Of a stretch of 64,000 bases of DNA, positions 1-12,207 are shown piece after piece. Below the pieces are notes generated by a model. The model ran no database searches. It saw only the letters and a program-made list of their open reading frames with translations, and was not told where the DNA came from. The DNA is taken from assembly GCA_016295795.1 (NCBI GenBank), contig JAEDKN010000002.1, forward strand, positions 1,734 to 65,733, written 5' to 3'. The DNA comes from Bacilli bacterium (GTDB lineage: Bacteria; Bacillota_I; Bacilli_A; RF39; UBA660). Position 1 is the stretch's first letter. Each line of letters opens with the position of its first letter. A program made the position numbers and the translations under genes.

Positions 1-26
1 AAGAAAATACTAATAAAAAGAAAAAT

Positions 27-209
27 GTGAAAAAATCAAAAAAAACTGTGAAAGAGTTGTCTTTTAAAAGCGAGTTAAAAAAAATAAAATGGCCTAGTAA
101 AAAGGATATGATAAAATATTCGATTGCTACAATAGCTTTCGTAATATTCTTTGCAATATTTTTCTATTTAATAGAATTAATAATGGCTTTAATAAAATCA
201 ATGGTATAG
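27..209 (+). CDS. secE: preprotein translocase subunit SecE (frame stays open to the window edge; GTG at 27 gives a typical 60-aa SecE)
   Basis: Basic N-terminus, KWPS motif, single C-terminal TM helix; directly upstream of nusG. Confidence 0.85.
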   Translation: MKKSKKTVKELSFKSELKKIKWPSKKDMIKYSIATIAFVIFFAIFFYLIELIMALIKSMV

Positions 210-218
210 AGGTGCAAA

Positions 219-758
219 ATGGAAAAACAATGGTATGTAGTTAATACTTATTCGGGGCATGAAAAAAAGGTAAAAGAAAAGTTGGAAATGCGTGCAGAAT
301 CAATGGATATGCAAGATTATATTTTTCGTGTTGTTGTACCTGAACAGAAAGAAGTAGAAGTAAAAGACGGAGTTCAAAAAGAAAAAGTAAAAAAATTGTT
401 TCCAGGATATATTTTAGTTGAAATGGTAATGAGTGATGATGCTTGGTTTGTGGTTAGAAATACTCCTGGAGTAACTGGATTTATTGGTTCTAGCGGTAAA
501 GGAGCTAAACCAACTCCGCTTCAACCATATGAAGTAGATAATGTTCTACGAAATATGGGAATAAGTAGATTAGAAGTTGATAAAGAATTAGAAATTGGAG
601 CAAAAGTTAAGATAATAGCAGGACCGTTTACTGGTATGTATGGTACTATTGAAGAAATAGATACTCCAAATCAAAAATTAACATTGAATGTAGATTTATT
701 TGGACAGGAAACTTCTGTTGAAACCGAAATTTCGCAAATAGAGATGGCTAGAGACTAA
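219..758 (+). CDS. nusG: transcription termination/antitermination factor NusG
   Basis: MEKQWYVVNTYSGHEKKV... NGN domain and C-terminal KOW; conserved secE-nusG-rplK order. Confidence 0.95.
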   Translation: MEKQWYVVNTYSGHEKKVKEKLEMRAESMDMQDYIFRVVVPEQKEVEVKDGVQKEKVKKLFPGYILVEMVMSDDAWFVVRNTPGVTGFIGSSGKGAKPTPLQPYEVDNVLRNMGISRLEVDKELEIGAKVKIIAGPFTGMYGTIEEIDTPNQKLTLNVDLFGQETSVETEISQIEMARD

Positions 759-775
759 TAAAAAAATAAATACTC

Positions 776-804
776 TTGATTTTTATAGAAAAAAATGATA
801 ATAT
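776..804 (+). promoter_or_regulatory. sigma-A type promoter for rplK-rplA
   Basis: TTGATT (776-781), 17-nt spacer, TGaTAATAT extended -10 (796-804). Confidence 0.5.
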
Positions 805-840
805 TGAAACGCTATATTTGATTGATATAGATTATTATTA

Positions 841-870
841 AGTGGGAGGCAAAAGCTATTTGAACCACTC
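841..870 (+). promoter_or_regulatory. candidate L1-binding leader hairpin (23S L1-stalk mimic) upstream of rplK
   Basis: AGUGGGAGGC...UUGAACCAC: GUGG/CCAC closing helix, GA, small GGC-AAAA-GCU hairpin; resembles 23S GGUGGGAGGC...AAAUACCAC. Confidence 0.45.
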
Positions 871-900
871 GCGAAAACTAGAAAATAGGAGGTGTTTTTC

Positions 901-1326
901 GTGGCGAAAGAAGTAGTTAAGAAAGTAAAATTGCAAATTGCAGCTGGAAAAGCAACACCAGCTCCACCAGTAGGAACAGTATTAGGACCAGCAGGAATCA
1001 ATCTACAAGAGTTCTGTACTAAGTACAATGATGCAACACGTGATAAAATGGGAGATATTTTGCCAGTTGAAATTTCGATTTATGATGATAGAAGTTTTGA
1101 CTTTGTTATCAAAACTCCACCAACTGCATTCTTGCTAAAGAAATATGCTAAAATTGACAAAGGGGCAGTTAAAGGATCAAGTGAAACAGTTGCTACTTTG
1201 ACAAAAGCACAAATTAAGGAAATTGCAGAAATCAAATTACCAGACTTAAACGCTTATACAGTAGAAGATGCTATGAAAATAGTTGAAGGTACTGCGCTTA
1301 ACATGGGAATAAAGGTAACAGAATAA
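901..1326 (+). CDS. rplK: 50S ribosomal protein L11
   Basis: [33 protein letters not shown]; GTG at 901 lies 8 nt after AGGAGG (887-892); GTG at 892 overlaps the SD. Confidence 0.95.
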   Translation: MAKEVVKKVKLQIAAGKATPAPPVGTVLGPAGINLQEFCTKYNDATRDKMGDILPVEISIYDDRSFDFVIKTPPTAFLLKKYAKIDKGAVKGSSETVATLTKAQIKEIAEIKLPDLNAYTVEDAMKIVEGTALNMGIKVTE

Positions 1327-1352
1327 TAAGATGTTGGTGTAATAGCCGAGAA

Positions 1353-1379
1353 AGTGGGAGGAATTATCCGTATACCACA
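1353..1379 (+). promoter_or_regulatory. second candidate L1-binding hairpin (23S L1-stalk mimic) upstream of rplA
   Basis: AGUGGGAGGAAUUAUCCGUAUACCACA: GUGG/CCAC helix, GA, GGA-AUUA-UCC hairpin, UAUACCAC as in the 23S L1 stalk. Confidence 0.5.
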
Positions 1380-1393
1380 TAAGGAGGAATAAA

Positions 1394-2092
1394 ATGAAAA
1401 AAAGAGGAAAGAAATATTTAGATGCTTTATCTAAGATTGAAAAGGGTAAAGCATATACAAAAGAAGAAGCTATTAAATTAGTAAAAGAAACATCTGTTAG
1501 TAATTTCACTTCTTCAGTTGAATTAGCTGTTAGATTGAATCTAGATACTAAAAAAGCTGATCAACAATTAAGAGGAGCAATTGTTTTACCAAATGGTACA
1601 GGTAAAACCAAGAAGGTATTAGTAATTGCTAGGGGAGAAAACGCAAAGAAAGCTGTAGATGCCGGTGCTGAATATGTAGGAGATACAGATATGCTTGAGA
1701 AAATCGAAAAAGAGAATTGGTTTGATTTTGACGTAATGATAGCTACTCCTGATATGATGCCACTATTAGGAAAACTTGGTAGAATTCTTGGACCAAAGGG
1801 ACTAATGCCAAATCCTAAGACAGGTACAGTTACAACGGATGTAGAAAAAGCAGTTAAAGATGTAAAAGCAGGTCGCGTTGAATACAGAACAGATAGTTTT
1901 GGAAATATTCATGGAATAATTGGAAACACATCATTTGATGAAAAAGCTTTGCTTGAAAATTTAGAGGCATTTATGTCAGTTTTAATAAAAGCAAAACCTT
2001 CAACTGTAAAGGGAGATTATATTAAGAATATTTCTATTGCAACTACTATGGGTCCTGGAATTAAAATAATTACAAATTCTTTTGACAAATAG
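1394..2092 (+). CDS. rplA: 50S ribosomal protein L1
   Basis: Full-length L1 translation; AGGAGG RBS. Confidence 0.97.
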   Translation: MKKRGKKYLDALSKIEKGKAYTKEEAIKLVKETSVSNFTSSVELAVRLNLDTKKADQQLRGAIVLPNGTGKTKKVLVIARGENAKKAVDAGAEYVGDTDMLEKIEKENWFDFDVMIATPDMMPLLGKLGRILGPKGLMPNPKTGTVTTDVEKAVKDVKAGRVEYRTDSFGNIHGIIGNTSFDEKALLENLEAFMSVLIKAKPSTVKGDYIKNISIATTMGPGIKIITNSFDK

Positions 2093-2104
2093 TAAAACAT
2101 AATA

Positions 2105-2250
2105 TATAATACAAATTGATTTGTTGGTGCCATAGACAGTAGGTATAAAAGTAAATCCTACCGAGGACTTAACTTAATAGTTTATTAGGGTCTTTATGTC
2201 TATGATGTAAAGGCCCTTTATGGTACCTCTAAAATAAAATAGGAGGTGTG
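2105..2250 (+). promoter_or_regulatory. probable L10(L12)4 autoregulatory leader
   Basis: About 150-nt structured untranslated spacer between rplA and rplJ, at the usual position of the L10 leader in Firmicutes; not modelled in detail. Confidence 0.4.
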
Positions 2251-2256
2251 TGAATT

Positions 2257-2751
2257 TTGGCAAACGAGAAAATCTTGGCAAAGAAACAAGAAATTATCGA
2301 TGAAATTAAGTCAAAAGTAGAAAACAATGCTACAATTGTTTTGTTTGATTATCGTGGAATTACTGACAATGATGCAAAAGATTTAAGAAGAGCATTACGT
2401 GAAGCTGGAGCGGATTATAAAGTTTATAAAAATACTTTAATGGCAAGAGCTTTATCTGATTTAAAAATCGATATCAATGATAGTTTGGTTGGACCTAGTG
2501 CACTAGCTTATGGTACAGATCAAATTGCACCTATTAAGGTGTTAAGTGAATTTGCAAAGAAAAATCCTGCAGTTATATTGAAGGTTGGTATTGTTGATGG
2601 AGAAGTTTCTGATTCTGAAAAATTAGCTCAACTAGCTACTATTCCATCAAGAGACGGATTATTAACAATGCTTGCTGGTGGTATGATCGCAATCGCAAAA
2701 GATTTATCAATTTGTTTAGATTTATATGCTAAGCAAAAAGAAGAAAATTAA
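2257..2751 (+). CDS. rplJ: 50S ribosomal protein L10
   Basis: TTG start after AGGAGGTG; L10 translation. Confidence 0.95.
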   Translation: MANEKILAKKQEIIDEIKSKVENNATIVLFDYRGITDNDAKDLRRALREAGADYKVYKNTLMARALSDLKIDINDSLVGPSALAYGTDQIAPIKVLSEFAKKNPAVILKVGIVDGEVSDSEKLAQLATIPSRDGLLTMLAGGMIAIAKDLSICLDLYAKQKEEN

Positions 2752-2779
2752 TAATAAAAAAATAAGGGAGGAATATAAA

Positions 2780-3151
2780 ATGGCAAAATTAACAAAAGAA
2801 AGCTTTATCGAAAGTTTAAAAGAAATGACACTTTTAGAAATTAAAGAATTAGTAGATGCAATGAAAGAGGAATTTGGAGTAGATCCAAGTAGCGTAGCAG
2901 TTGCTGCACCAGTAGCTGGAGCTAGTGAAGAAGCTAGCGGACCAAGCGTTGTAACTGTAACATTGGTAAACGCTGGAGCTGCTAAGATTAATGTAATCAA
3001 GGTAATTAAAGAAATTACAGGATTAGGATTAAAAGAGTCAAAAGATATTGCTGATAACGGTGGAGCTGTTAAAGAAAACATTTCAGTTGATGAAGCTAAT
3101 GAAATTAAAGCTAAGTTAGAAGAAGCTGGAGCTGAAGTTGAAGTTAAATAA
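2780..3151 (+). CDS. rplL: 50S ribosomal protein L7/L12
   Basis: [34 protein letters not shown]...; ATG 2780 follows GGGAGG; the 2726 start in the track is an unlikely extension. Confidence 0.96.
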   Translation: MAKLTKESFIESLKEMTLLEIKELVDAMKEEFGVDPSSVAVAAPVAGASEEASGPSVVTVTLVNAGAAKINVIKVIKEITGLGLKESKDIADNGGAVKENISVDEANEIKAKLEEAGAEVEVK

Positions 3152-3629
3152 TTGTATTGCAAGTATTTAATATTAAATATCATAGAGAAATCTGTGGTAT
3201 TTTTTTATTAGAAAAAAGGTGTGAAATTTGTAAAATAATATGCAACCCTATTGAAAAATGGTTTCAGAGAGAGGGTGTAATCAAACCAGAAAGAAGAAAA
3301 TAAAATGATAGATGAAGAAACATTAGTATCTAACATTTTGGTATTAAGTCCAGAAGAAAGAGAGTTTTTTCCACTTGCAGTAAAATCATAGAATTTACAA
3401 ATTAATTATAATTAATCTGTTTCTAGAGAAAAGCTAATTAGGAGAGATGGGACTATACTAGAAGTGGTTACTGTAATATTTTCCTGCAGTCATAATCAAG
3501 TAAGTGGTAATTGTATATCTTACTTTGGTAATGGCCTCTACCAAGGGATGCTAACGAAAGAGAACGTAAATAAAATCATTAAGTTCTATAAAATGGTATA
3601 ACAAATCATTATTTCTAATAAAATTATAT

Positions 3630-3658
3630 TTGACATTACAGTAAAATTAATGTAAAAT
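3630..3658 (+). promoter_or_regulatory. near-consensus sigma-A promoter for the 3685 ORF
   Basis: TTGACA (3630-3635), 17 nt, TAAAAT (3653-3658). Confidence 0.6.
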
Positions 3659-3684
3659 ATGCAATTACCGAAGGGGGAATAACT

Positions 3685-4224
3685 ATGTTTGATAGAAAAA
3701 GATTTATTTATGACATTTTAAATATTAATGAACAAGATTTAGAAAGTGGTCAAATACAAGTGCCAGAGTTACTTGATGCATTAGGAATAAAAGTTAATTA
3801 TTCAAAATCTAAAAAACTAGGTTCGATTGTGGATGAAAAAACAGGACGTATTGTATGTAAAAGCAAAAAAGGTGGAGTTATTATTGATACCGAGAGAAAG
3901 AGCATATTACCAAGAAAAAATAAAGTAGTTACAAAACTAGTAATTAATGGAAATGCTTTAAGAGGGGTTTTAAGGTCGAAAAATGGAACTGTCATATTAA
4001 CTAACTCTAATGATGGAGTAATTGCTACATACTATAACAGAGAAACATCAAAGATGGCAAAAAGCTTAAAACTAATAGGAAAGTATGGAATAGAAGATAA
4101 ATTTGGAATTACACCAGATGGGAATGTAAAAATAACAACATGCAATGAAATAAGTGATATAGTAAATCTATTAAACACAAAAGAAAAACAAGTAAAAACG
4201 CTTGCAAAAACAATAAAAAAATAG
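3685..4224 (+). CDS. hypothetical basic soluble protein (179 aa), no recognisable family
   Basis: Long ORF with GGGGGA RBS and its own promoter; no TM segment, no motif I recognise. Confidence 0.55.
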   Translation: MFDRKRFIYDILNINEQDLESGQIQVPELLDALGIKVNYSKSKKLGSIVDEKTGRIVCKSKKGGVIIDTERKSILPRKNKVVTKLVINGNALRGVLRSKNGTVILTNSNDGVIATYYNRETSKMAKSLKLIGKYGIEDKFGITPDGNVKITTCNEISDIVNLLNTKEKQVKTLAKTIKK

Positions 4225-4301
4225 TAATATTAACGTATGAGAAAGGAGTTAACTATAAATAAATTGTTTATAGTTGACTTTTTATCTTTTTAGGAGATAA
4301 T

Positions 4302-4889
4302 ATGGGTCAGTATTTTGATAACGATAATTTAAAAAGCAAAATAACAGAATACAAAACAAAAATATTCGACATAGAATTTTGTTTTAATACAGATAATGGA
4401 GTGTTTTCAAAAAGTAAATTAGATTATGGGACGCGACTTTTATTGGAAAATATTCCACTACAAGAATTAAAAGGAGAAATCCTTGAAGTTGGGTCTGGAT
4501 ATGGAGTGATTCCTATAATTTTATCTAAAGTTTGTGATGCAAAATTCGAGGGAATCGATGTTAATATAAGAGCACTTAACTTGGCTAAAATAAATGCAAA
4601 AAAAAATAATTGTAAAAATGTGATGTTTTATGAGAGCAATTGCTATCATGATGTAAATAAGAAATATGATTTCATAATAACAAATCCTCCGATAAGAGCT
4701 GGTAAAGAAATTGTATATGAAATATTAGTTGGAGCAAAAAGATATTTGAAGGAAAATGCTTCGTTATTTCTTGTGATAAATAAAGACCAAGGGGCAAAAA
4801 CAATAATTAGATTTCTTGAAAATATATATGAAGTAAGTATTTTAAATAAAAACAAAGGTTTTTTTGTTATTAGGTGCGATTTGCGTTGA
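4302..4889 (+). CDS. class I SAM-dependent methyltransferase, RsmC/YbxB-like
   Basis: ILEVGSGYGVI (motif I) and ITNPPIRAG (NPPxxxG motif IV); same rplL-rpoB position as B. subtilis ybxB. Confidence 0.8.
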   Translation: MGQYFDNDNLKSKITEYKTKIFDIEFCFNTDNGVFSKSKLDYGTRLLLENIPLQELKGEILEVGSGYGVIPIILSKVCDAKFEGIDVNIRALNLAKINAKKNNCKNVMFYESNCYHDVNKKYDFIITNPPIRAGKEIVYEILVGAKRYLKENASLFLVINKDQGAKTIIRFLENIYEVSILNKNKGFFVIRCDLR

Positions 4890-4914
4890 CAACTTGCTCT
4901 AAATATGCTAATAA
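4886..4914 (+). promoter_or_regulatory. possible rpoB promoter
   Basis: TTGACA (4886-4891), 17 nt, TGcTAATAA extended -10. Confidence 0.35.
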
Positions 4915-4984
4915 TATAAATTGGCAACGTATTAGGTAAATAAATATGTTCTTTGATTAAATTAATGTATAGGGGTGAAATTTA

Positions 4985-7900
4985 GTGGCTTATAAGATTG
5001 TTAATTGTGGCGAACATCGTAAAAGAAGAAGCTTTTCAAAAATTAAGAACACATATGAATTAAAGGATTTACTAGAAATTCAAAAGAAACCGTATCAATG
5101 GTTTTTAAATACCGGAATAAAAGAGGTGTTTGATGACCTATTCCCCGTTGAGAATTTTTCAGGTACTTTATCTTTAGAGTTTGGTGATTATCATTTTGAT
5201 GAACCTAGATATTCTATTAAAGAATGTAAGGATCGTGAAACAACTTACTCTGCGCCTTTAAAGGTTGAGGTAAGGCTTTTTAATCATGAGACTGGAGAGG
5301 TAAAAGAACAAGAAATTTTCTTAGGAGATATGCCTATCATGACTGATAGTGGAACGTTTGTTATAAATGGTGCAGAACGTGTAATAGTATCTCAATTAGT
5401 TAGGTCTCCAAGTGTTTATTTCAATAAAGAAATTGATAAAAATGGTAGGCCTTGTATTACTTCTCAAATTATTCCAACACGTGGAACTTGGCTTGAGTTT
5501 GAAACTGATGCTAGGGATGTTTTATATGTAAGAATTGATAGGACTAGAAAGGTTCCGCTTACGACTTTATTGCGTGCTTTTGGACTTTCAAGTGACGAAG
5601 AAATTTTGAAATTATTTGGGAAAGATGAATATTTAGAGAATACTTTAGCCAAAGATTCAACAAGGAATACCGATGAGGCATTGATTGAAATTTATGAAAA
5701 ATTGAGACCTGGTGAGCCAGCAACTTTAGATTCTTCTAAGAACCAGATTATTACTAGATTTTTTGACGAATTTAGATATGATTTAGCTAAAGTTGGTCGT
5801 TATAAATTTAATAGAAAATTAAATATAATGGATAGACTTTTAAATCAAAAAATTGCTGAAGACATCAAAGATGGCGATGAAGTAATTGTTGAGAAGGGAA
5901 CAGTAATAACAAAAGATATTTGGGAAAAGATAAGGCCTATATTTGAAAAAGGTTATGGTACTAAAACTGTTACTATTAATAAGGATTTAGATGAATTTGA
6001 TAAAGTTCAAATAGTTCAAATTTATAATCCGTCCAACCCAAAGGAAAAATTAAATGTTATTGGTAATGATCAAACTATAGATGTAAAAAGGCTTACAATT
6101 TCTGATATATATGCATCAGTTTCATATTATTTGAATCTTTTACAAGGAGTAGGACAAATTGATGAAATAGATCATTTAGGAAATCGTAGAATTAGGCAAG
6201 TTGGAGAACTTTTGCAAAATCAATTTAGAATAGGTGTTTCTCGTATGGAGAGGGTTATTCGTGAGAGAATGACTACTCAAGAGATGGAAGAAGTTACTCC
6301 AAAGACGCTAATTAATATTAGACCGATTACAGCTGCAATGAAGGAATTCTTTGGAAGCAGTCAATTGTCACAATTTATGGATCAAACTAATCCAATTGCA
6401 GAACTTACTAATAAAAGACGTTTATCAGCTTTAGGTCCAGGAGGGCTTTCTCGTGATAGGGCCGGAATGGAAGTTCGTGACGTTAATGCATCACATTATG
6501 GACGTATTTGTCCTATAGAGTCTCCTGAAGGTCAAAATATCGGACTTATTACTTCTTTAGCAAGTTATGCAAAAATTGATGAATATGGTTTTATAATGAC
6601 TCCATATCGTAAGGTAAAAGATAAATACTTAACTGATGAGGTTGAATATTTAACAGCTGATGAAGAAAATGACTTGGTTATTTCGCTAGCAACTGTTACT
6701 GTTGACGAAAATAATATGATGATCGATGAAACGGTTCCAGCTCGTTTTAGAGGTGAAAATATATTAGTTAAACCAGAATTGGTTGACTATGTAGATGTAT
6801 CTCCTCAACAAGTCGTAGCAGTAACTACAAGTTGTATTCCTTTCTTGGAACACGATGATGCAACACGTGCGTTGATGGGAGCTAATATGCAACGTCAATC
6901 AGTACCACTTTTAAAATCAGAAGCACCACTTGTAGGAACGGGTGTTGAATATGTTGCAGCTAGAGATTCTGGTGCTGTTATTGTTGCCAAAGCTGACGGT
7001 GTTGTAGATTATGTTGATGCAAGAAAAATAGTTGTTTTAAATAAGAATGGAAAAGATGAATATATTTTATCTAATTTTGAATTATCGAATGCTGGTACAT
7101 GTCAACATCACAGACCGATTGTAAAGGTAGGAGACAAGGTAAAACGTGGTGAGGTTATTGCTGATGGACCTTCTACCGATCAAGGAGAGCTAGCATTAGG
7201 TAAAAATGTAGTAGTAGCATTCATGACATTTAATGGATATAATTATGAGGATGCTGTTATATTAAATGAAAATTTAGTAAAAGACGATGTTTATACAGGT
7301 ATTCACTTAGAAGATTTTGAAATGCAATGTCGTGAAACTAAGTTAGGACCTGAGGAAATAACTAGAGATATTCCAAATGTTAGCGATGAGGCCCGCAAAA
7401 ATCTGGATGAGAATGGTATTGTAATAGTTGGTACAGAGGTAAAAGAAGGAGACATTTTAGTTGGTAAAGTAACGCCAAAGGGAATGGCTGAGTTAACTTC
7501 AGAAGAAAAATTATTACATGCAATATTTGGCGAAAAGACTCGTGAAGTTAGGGATACATCACTTCGTGTTCCTCATGGTGGAGATGGTATTGTTCACGAT
7601 GTTAAGATATTCTCAAGAAAAGAAAACGATGAGCTTCCTGCAGGAGTTTCTAAAGTTATTCGTGTTTATATCGCACAAAAGAGAAAAATTCAAGTTGGAG
7701 ATAAAATGGCAGGAAGACATGGAAATAAAGGTGTCATTTCGCTTATTCTTCCTGAGGAAGATATGCCTTATTTGCCAGACGGTAGACCTGTTGATATAAT
7801 GCTTAATCCACAAGGTGTTCCATCTCGTATGAATCTTGGACAAATCCTAGAATTGCACTTAGGAATGGCTGCTAAAAAATTGGGCGTACATGTTGCAACT

Positions 7901-8575
7901 CCAGTATTTGATGGTGCTAAACTAAGTGATATTGAAGATATGATGAAAGAAGCGGGAATGGATCCTGATGGTAAAACAGTTCTTTACGATGGACGTACCG
8001 GTGAACCATTCGATAATAGAATTTCAGTCGGTGTAATGTATATGATTAAGCTACATCATATGGTTGATGATAAATTACATGCTCGTTCAACCGGACCATA
8101 TTCTTTAGTAACACAACAACCACTTGGGGGAAAAGCTCAATTCGGTGGTCAAAGATTCGGAGAAATGGAAGTTTGGGCATTATATGCCTATGGTGCTGCT
8201 CATACTCTTCAAGAAATAATGACTGTTAAATCTGATGATGTAGTTGGTCGTGTAAAAGTTTATGAAGCAATAGTTAAAGGCCAAGAAATAAATCAAGCTG
8301 GTATACCTGAGTCGTTTAGGGTACTTATGAAAGAGTTCCAAGCACTTGGACTTGATATAAGTATAATTAATGATAAAAACGAGACTATAGAATTGAAAAC
8401 AATCGAAGAAGCAGAATATAAAGACGATTTTAATGAAACTTTTGATGATTCATTGCCATTAGTAACTAATTCTGAGACTAATGAAGACTATGAAGATGAT
8501 GACGAAGATGAAGACATGGATGAGGATTTTGAAAATGTCTTTGAAGACGATTTTATGGAAGGAGATGAAGAGTAA
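4985..8575 (+). CDS. rpoB: DNA-directed RNA polymerase subunit beta
   Basis: Unmistakable RpoB translation, GTG start; highly acidic C-terminal tail. Confidence 0.98.
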   Translation: MAYKIVNCGEHRKRRSFSKIKNTYELKDLLEIQKKPYQWFLNTGIKEVFDDLFPVENFSGTLSLEFGDYHFDEPRYSIKECKDRETTYSAPLKVEVRLFNHETGEVKEQEIFLGDMPIMTDSGTFVINGAERVIVSQLVRSPSVYFNKEIDKNGRPCITSQIIPTRGTWLEFETDARDVLYVRIDRTRKVPLTTLLRAFGLSSDEEILKLFGKDEYLENTLAKDSTRNTDEALIEIYEKLRPGEPATLDSSKNQIITRFFDEFRYDLAKVGRYKFNRKLNIMDRLLNQKIAEDIKDGDEVIVEKGTVITKDIWEKIRPIFEKGYGTKTVTINKDLDEFDKVQIVQIYNPSNPKEKLNVIGNDQTIDVKRLTISDIYASVSYYLNLLQGVGQIDEIDHLGNRRIRQVGELLQNQFRIGVSRMERVIRERMTTQEMEEVTPKTLINIRPITAAMKEFFGSSQLSQFMDQTNPIAELTNKRRLSALGPGGLSRDRAGMEVRDVNASHYGRICPIESPEGQNIGLITSLASYAKIDEYGFIMTPYRKVKDKYLTDEVEYLTADEENDLVISLATVTVDENNMMIDETVPARFRGENILVKPELVDYVDVSPQQVVAVTTSCIPFLEHDDATRALMGANMQRQSVPLLKSEAPLVGTGVEYVAARDSGAVIVAKADGVVDYVDARKIVVLNKNGKDEYILSNFELSNAGTCQHHRPIVKVGDKVKRGEVIADGPSTDQGELALGKNVVVAFMTFNGYNYEDAVILNENLVKDDVYTGIHLEDFEMQCRETKLGPEEITRDIPNVSDEARKNLDENGIVIVGTEVKEGDILVGKVTPKGMAELTSEEKLLHAIFGEKTREVRDTSLRVPHGGDGIVHDVKIFSRKENDELPAGVSKVIRVYIAQKRKIQVGDKMAGRHGNKGVISLILPEEDMPYLPDGRPVDIMLNPQGVPSRMNLGQILELHLGMAAKKLGVHVATPVFDGAKLSDIEDMMKEAGMDPDGKTVLYDGRTGEPFDNRISVGVMYMIKLHHMVDDKLHARSTGPYSLVTQQPLGGKAQFGGQRFGEMEVWALYAYGAAHTLQEIMTVKSDDVVGRVKVYEAIVKGQEINQAGIPESFRVLMKEFQALGLDISIINDKNETIELKTIEEAEYKDDFNETFDDSLPLVTNSETNEDYEDDDEDEDMDEDFENVFEDDFMEGDEE

Positions 8576-11500
8576 TGATAGAAGTAAATAAATTTGAAGC
8601 TCTTAAGATAGGAATTGCATCTCCTGATAAAATAAGGGAATGGAGCTATGGCGAAGTAAAAAAGCCAGAAACAATAAATTATAGAACTCTTCGTCCTGAG
8701 AGGGATGGATTGTTTTGTGAAAAGATTTTCGGTCCAACTAAGGATTTTGAGTGTGCTTGTGGGAAATATAAAAGAGTACGTTATAAGAACATAGTTTGTG
8801 ACAGATGCGGTGTTGAAGTAACTCGTAGTAAAGTAAGACGTGAGAGAATGGGACATATTGAGTTAGCTTCTCCTGTATCTCATATTTGGTTCTTTAAAGG
8901 TGTTCCATCTCGTATGGGACTAGTATTAGATATGAGTCCTAGGGATCTTGAAGAAGTTTTATACTTTGTTAGTTATGTTGTAATTGATAAAGGTATAGCT
9001 CCTCTTGAAAATAAACAAACTTTGTCCGAAAGAGAATATCGCCAATATTATGAAAAATATGGTGACGGATTTAAAGTAGGAATGGGTGCTGAAGCAATCA
9101 AGGAATTGCTAAGCAAAGTTGATTTAAAAAAGGAAATAGATGAAATAACTAAAGAGCTTGAAACAGCTCAAGGTCAAAAAAGGACAAGACTAGTTAAAAG
9201 AATTGATGTATTAGATGCATTTTATAAGTCTGGAAATCGTCCTGAATGGATGATTCTAGATTGTATTCCAGTAATTCCACCAGAATTACGTCCTATGATT
9301 CAACTTGATGGTGGACGTTTTGCAACAAGTGATTTAAATGATTTGTATCGTCGCGTAATAAACAGAAATAATCGTTTAAAGAAACTTATTGATTTAAATG
9401 CCCCTGGGATAATTATTCAAAATGAAAAACGTATGTTACAAGAAGCCGTAGATGCGTTGTTCGATAATGGTAGACGTGGAAGAAGTGTAACTGGTGCTGG
9501 AAATCGTCCTTTGAAATCACTTTCTAGTATGTTAAAGGGAAAACAAGGAAGATTCCGTCAAAACTTGTTAGGAAAGCGTGTAGATTATTCTGGACGTAGT
9601 GTTATAGTAGTAGGTCCAAGTTTAAAAATGTATCAATGTGGTATTCCAAAAGAAATGGCACTTGAATTATTTAAACCTCATGTAATAAATGGATTGGTTT
9701 CTCGCGATATAGCGCACAATATTAAGGCTGCTAAGAGATTAATTGAAAATAGAGATCCTCAAGTTTGGGACGTAGTAGAAGATGTTATAAAAGAACATCC
9801 AGTATTATTGAATCGTGCACCAACACTTCACAGACTTGGTATTCAAGCATTTGAACCAGTTTTAATTGGTGGTAAGGCAATAAGACTTCATCCTCTTGTA
9901 TGTCCTGCATTTAATGCAGACTTCGATGGAGATCAGATGGCAGTTCATGTACCACTTTCTGAAGAAGCTCAAGCAGAAGCAAGATTATTAATGCTAGGAG
10001 CAAATAATATTCTTTCTCCAAAAAGTGGTGATCCAATTGTTACTCCTTCACAAGATATGGTTTTAGGTAATTATTATTTAACAATGGAAAAATCTGGTCT
10101 TGATGGGGAAGGAAGAGTATTTAAAGATTCAAACGAAGCTTTGATGGCATATGAAAGAAGAGAAATCACTCTTCATACTAGAATTGCTATACCTGTTGAT
10201 TCTTTTAAGTATAAATTATTTACTGAAACTCAAAAAGGTAAGTATTTGATTACTACAGTTGGTAAATTAAAATTTAATGAGATTTTACCTGATTCATTTG
10301 CTTATATAAATGAACCAACATTAGATAATATTCAAAATATTACTCCTAATAAATATTTTATAAATAAAGGAGAAAATATTGTTGAAAAAATAAAGGAAAT
10401 GCCATTGGTTAAACCATTCCCAAAGGGAACGCTAGAAAATATTATTGCTCAAATTTTCAAACGTTATAAAACAACAGAGACGTCTATAATGCTTGATAAA
10501 ATGAAAGATTTAGGATTTAAGTATTCTACTATTGCAGGTATTACTGTTTCAATTAGTGATGTTGTTACAAGCGATAATAAACAAGAAATTATAGCTGAAT
10601 CAAAGAAAACTGTTGATAAAATAAATAAACAATATCAACGAGGATTGATAACTGAAGACGAGAGATTAGAAAAAGTTATAGAAACATGGCATGGATGTAA
10701 AGATAAGGTTCAAAAAGAACTAGAGATAAAGGCAAATAACGACGTTGATAATCCAATATTCATGATGATGCATTCAAAAGCTCGTGGATCAATTTCAAAC
10801 TTTACACAAATTGCAGGTATGCGTGGTTTAATGTCTAAGCCTAATGGAGATACAATTGAAATTCCGGTTTTATCTTCATTTAAAGAAGGTTTATCGGTTT
10901 CTGAATTCTTCTTATCAACTCACAGTGCTCGTAAAGGAAGTGCGGATACTGCATTAAAAACCGCTGATTCTGGATATTTAACTAGACGTTTAGTTGATGT
11001 AAGTCAAGATATTATTGTTAGAGAAGAAGATTGTGGAACAGAAAACGGTGTAGTAGTAAAGGCATTTGTCAACGATAAAACAGGAGAGGTTATAGAGAAA
11101 TTATACGATCGTATACTTGGTAGATATACTAATAAAAAGATTGTTCATCCTGAGACAAAGGAAGTTATTGCAGAAAAATTACAATATATAACAGAAAGTT
11201 TGGCTGATAAAATAATAGAGGCGGGAATAACTGAAGTTGAATTAAGAACAACATTAACTTGTAATACATTAAATGGTGTATGTCAAAAATGTTATGGTAG
11301 AAACTTGGCTACTGGAAATATTGTTGAAATAGGAGAAGCGGTTGGTATCATGGCGGCACAATCTATTGGGGAACCTGGTACGCAATTGACAATGAGAACT
11401 TTCCATACTGGAGGAGTTGCTGGAGGAGAAGATATTACTCAAGGTCTTCCTCGTATTCAAGAATTATTTGAAGCAAGAATACCAAAAGGAAAATCAACAA

Positions 11501-12207
11501 TTTCTGAAATTAATGGTAAGGTTACTAAGATAGAAGAGGATCATGGAAAATATAGAATAAGTATAACCAATGAGTTAGAGACTAAAGAACACGTGTCAAA
11601 TTATGGTGCTAAATTAAGAGTATCATTAAATGATATGGTATCTGCAGGAGATAAATTAACTGAAGGTGCTATTAGTCCTAAAGAACTATTGGCTGTAACA
11701 GATCCACTTACTACACAAGAATATATTTTAAAAGAAGTTCAAGGTGTATATCGTGGCCAAGGTGTTGATATATCAGATAAACACGTTGAGATTATTGCTA
11801 GACGTATGATATCAAAAATGAGAATTATAGATTCAGGAGATACGTTGTTTTTACCTGGTAGTCTAGTAAATTTCAGAGAATTTACTGACGCTAATAAAGA
11901 AGTGATAATAAAGGGAAAACGCCCTGCAACAGGTAAACCTATTATGTTAGGTATTACTAAAGCTTCTCTTGAAACTGATTCGTTCTTATCAGCAGCCTCA
12001 TTCCAGGAAACAACGAGAATTTTAACTGATGCAGCAATACGTGGTAAGGTCGATCATTTACAAGGATTGAAAGAAAATGTTATTATTGGTAAACTAATTC
12101 CAGCAGGAACTGGTGTAAAGCAATACCGTAATATTGAATATGAATTATCTTCTCAATTGTTAGATGAAGAACCATTAGAAAAATTAGAAGACGAATTAAT
12201 GGAATAA
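8575..12207 (+). CDS. rpoC: DNA-directed RNA polymerase subunit beta-prime
   Basis: NADFDGDQM catalytic motif, zinc-finger cysteines near the N-terminus; TAATG overlap with rpoB. Confidence 0.98.
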   Translation: MIEVNKFEALKIGIASPDKIREWSYGEVKKPETINYRTLRPERDGLFCEKIFGPTKDFECACGKYKRVRYKNIVCDRCGVEVTRSKVRRERMGHIELASPVSHIWFFKGVPSRMGLVLDMSPRDLEEVLYFVSYVVIDKGIAPLENKQTLSEREYRQYYEKYGDGFKVGMGAEAIKELLSKVDLKKEIDEITKELETAQGQKRTRLVKRIDVLDAFYKSGNRPEWMILDCIPVIPPELRPMIQLDGGRFATSDLNDLYRRVINRNNRLKKLIDLNAPGIIIQNEKRMLQEAVDALFDNGRRGRSVTGAGNRPLKSLSSMLKGKQGRFRQNLLGKRVDYSGRSVIVVGPSLKMYQCGIPKEMALELFKPHVINGLVSRDIAHNIKAAKRLIENRDPQVWDVVEDVIKEHPVLLNRAPTLHRLGIQAFEPVLIGGKAIRLHPLVCPAFNADFDGDQMAVHVPLSEEAQAEARLLMLGANNILSPKSGDPIVTPSQDMVLGNYYLTMEKSGLDGEGRVFKDSNEALMAYERREITLHTRIAIPVDSFKYKLFTETQKGKYLITTVGKLKFNEILPDSFAYINEPTLDNIQNITPNKYFINKGENIVEKIKEMPLVKPFPKGTLENIIAQIFKRYKTTETSIMLDKMKDLGFKYSTIAGITVSISDVVTSDNKQEIIAESKKTVDKINKQYQRGLITEDERLEKVIETWHGCKDKVQKELEIKANNDVDNPIFMMMHSKARGSISNFTQIAGMRGLMSKPNGDTIEIPVLSSFKEGLSVSEFFLSTHSARKGSADTALKTADSGYLTRRLVDVSQDIIVREEDCGTENGVVVKAFVNDKTGEVIEKLYDRILGRYTNKKIVHPETKEVIAEKLQYITESLADKIIEAGITEVELRTTLTCNTLNGVCQKCYGRNLATGNIVEIGEAVGIMAAQSIGEPGTQLTMRTFHTGGVAGGEDITQGLPRIQELFEARIPKGKSTISEINGKVTKIEEDHGKYRISITNELETKEHVSNYGAKLRVSLNDMVSAGDKLTEGAISPKELLAVTDPLTTQEYILKEVQGVYRGQGVDISDKHVEIIARRMISKMRIIDSGDTLFLPGSLVNFREFTDANKEVIIKGKRPATGKPIMLGITKASLETDSFLSAASFQETTRILTDAAIRGKVDHLQGLKENVIIGKLIPAGTGVKQYRNIEYELSSQLLDEEPLEKLEDELME

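Noticed and set aside
2722-3183. 153-aa minus-strand ORF antisense to rplL. Similar antisense ORFs occur at 783-1028, 1246-1509, 8488-8856, 14683-14970, 32650-33084, 42266-42857 and 54018-54581.
   Set aside because: These are shadow ORFs opposite strongly supported genes in AT-rich DNA. They have low-complexity or repetitive translations, no RBS and no recognisable family.
8573-8577. rpoB/rpoC overlap as a possible frameshift or gene fusion.
   Set aside because: This is an ordinary TAATG stop/start overlap, and both proteins are full length.
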